Source: Felis catus
Taxonomy: Eukaryota
Direction: 5' to 3'
Assembly: GCF_018350175.1 (NCBI RefSeq)
Contig: NC_058368.1
Span: forward strand, 222,830,001-222,894,000
DNA length: 64,000 bases
The notes under the pieces were generated by a model, which made no database searches, had not been told where the DNA came from, and saw only the letters and a program-made list of their open reading frames with translations. Shown piece by piece: positions 62,113 through 64,000 of the stretch. Positions within the stretch are counted from its first letter, which is position 1, and every line of letters starts with the position of its first letter. A program made the position numbers and the translations under genes.

Positions 62113-62885
62113 CTCCTTTATTTTTTTTTCCTCTCACTCTCTCTGCCTGTATTTGCTATCATATTATTTTTCCATCATCTCCTTTTTCTGCTCTCTTCTC
62201 CAAGGTCAAAATACATATACATTTCCAAGTTAAATGTAGGGCTCTAATTAGTGCCTTATCTCATTACAAAACCATGGAATTTTCAATTAATTCAAATTTC
62301 ATAAACTTGACAAGCTTCTATTAAGGGAAATAACTGCTTCAAATTAGCACCATGATCTTCACTAAATTTGAGTAATTATGTGTATTCTGCAAAATAAAAT
62401 TTGCGTTTTTTTAATGAAACAACAGTAGCCACTGTTGGAATAATCTGAATAATGTGATATTATGATATTTATTTACAACTGTAATGTCATAATCACTTGG
62501 CTATAGTGTGGTAAGAGAACTCAAATTGCTACTTTCGACTATTTCTTAACATCATCATTTTCTTGCCTTTTTAGATCATTTGCATAAATTCACCTCATTG
62601 ATGTTGTTTGCATAGACTCACAAATTCCCAAAAAATAAAAATTGAATAAGGTTGAAACTAAAGGAATACATAATTTTCACAAAGAAAAAAAGGCCATATC
62701 ATATATGGCAAATGTATTAAAACTTAAAAATGTCTCATTCAACCACCCTGTTTTATTAAAAACAAAACTGAATTCCTTTTGGGTTGAGGAGTCTTGTCAA
62801 ATTTTATACTGCCAGTTAGAAGAGTCAAGGTTGATTGCCTTTCCATTCTAAAGTTTGTCTTAGTTGTGCCATGCTTATCCACCTG

Positions 62886-62990
62886 TTACTTATTCATTCA
62901 GCAAATGTCTGCTGAGGCTAATACATGTCTGTTGATAATCTTATCTTTGGGGATAGAATTGTTACCAACAAAGAACAATGACAAAAAGGA

Positions 62991-63066
<76 letters not shown>

Positions 63067-63081
63067 GAAAGGAAGGAAGAA

Positions 63082-63153
<72 letters not shown>

Positions 63154-63197
63154 AAAGAAAGAAAGAAAAGAAAGAAAAGAAAGAAAGAAAGGAAGGA

Positions 63198-63241
<44 letters not shown>

Positions 63242-63665
63242 AAACAAATAAAAAAACAAAAAAGCTATGCATGTAAGGAGATTTCATTCTCTTCAGAAGC
63301 AGAGATAGTAAACAGACCAAAAAAAGAGACAGTGTTTAGCTCAGCCAGTCCCCAGCACACGCCAAGGAGCACACACCCAAGAAGACAGGCTCACACGAGG
63401 GAACTGGACAGTAGCAGAGTCTCAGTGAGGATCTGGGGGGGTGAGGGTCACAAGCACGGGGAATTTCACGTGCAGAATCCACAGGTGGGAAGGAGATGTC
63501 GTTTTGGAGAAATAAAATGTTGCCAGGTGTGGTACAGGATGTCAGGAGACAGAGCTTGGGAGTGAAGCCAGCAGATACCGGGACAGGGACAGCGGAAGAG
63601 AACGGTGCCCTCCTCCTGGGAGTTTGCCTTGAGACACTCGGTACATTGTGGTGTTTTTAATAGAG
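62886..63665 (-). mobile_element. L2 3' region, split by a (GAAA)n array
   Basis: TTATTCATTCAGCAAATGTCTGCTGAGG..GGGGATAGA before the array; AAGGAGATTTCATTCT after it. Confidence 0.55.
62986..63244. repeat. Long compound (GAAA)n repeat, about 260 bp, all purine
   Basis: Direct reading; accounts for the K/E/R- and F/L/S-rich ORFs. Confidence 0.98.
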
Positions 63666-63929
63666 TTGGGTGGGGCTAGGTGTGCAAGTGAAAATAAAGG
63701 ACCAGAGTAAAGCAGAAATCAAGACTTTTTGCAAATTCTTTTTCCTGAATATATTAAAATAATTGTATATGTGTATAATGATATTTTTGTATCAGATAAG
63801 CACCCATTGCTTACATTAACAAAGTGTCTATTGTTGTAGGTACCTATTATTCTGTTTCATGTTAGTTTGGGAAGGCAATAGACCATTATTCATGAAGAAT
63901 AAACTTGTGAAATACTTTTTCAGTTTGTT

Positions 63930-64000
63930 TTCTTTTAAATTTTTGTTTAATGTTTATTTATTTTTGAGAGAGAGAGAGAGAGAGAAAACATGAGCGGGGC
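63930..64000 (-). mobile_element. Can-SINE 3' end, partial at window edge
   Basis: TTTAATGTTTATTTATTTTTGAGAGAGAG..CATGAGCGGGG. Confidence 0.88.

Noticed and set aside
62794..63565. Long K/E/R-rich and F/L/S-rich ORFs (also 17836..18414, 19977..20234, 61935..62324)
   Set aside because: Stop-free read-through of microsatellites.

Overview
AT-rich, gene-empty mammalian DNA, almost certainly from a felid (cat family). The evidence is about 30 tRNA-derived Can-SINEs, including five near-identical young SINEC_Fc-type copies, and felid-type LINE-1 3' ends. I found no credible host protein-coding exon, RNA gene or CpG island, so the window is intergenic or deep intronic. The only ORF with a recognisable product is a dead LINE-1 ORF1p fragment (9421-10099, minus). 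All other listed ORFs are read-throughs of SINEs, microsatellites or chance sequence. The rest is old MIR, L2 and L1M fragments, hAT DNA-transposon fossils (Charlie1/MER33, MER58A, MER94, MER5), several solo LTRs (a group of four ERV1-type at 43.7-50.1 kb) and long simple repeats. The most unusual structures are retrotransposition or repair scars. (1) A TSD-flanked SINE is split by about 190 bp of unrelated unique DNA (44267-44458). (2) An inverted L1 joins 5'UTR/ORF1 directly to the last ~220 nt, with no TSD. (3) A textbook twin-primed L1 2 kb away breaks at the same L1 motif. (4) The same target sites were re-used by successive insertions. I did not find a new multi-gene biological system. 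Repeat family names come from recalled consensus sequences and need RepeatMasker/Dfam confirmation.
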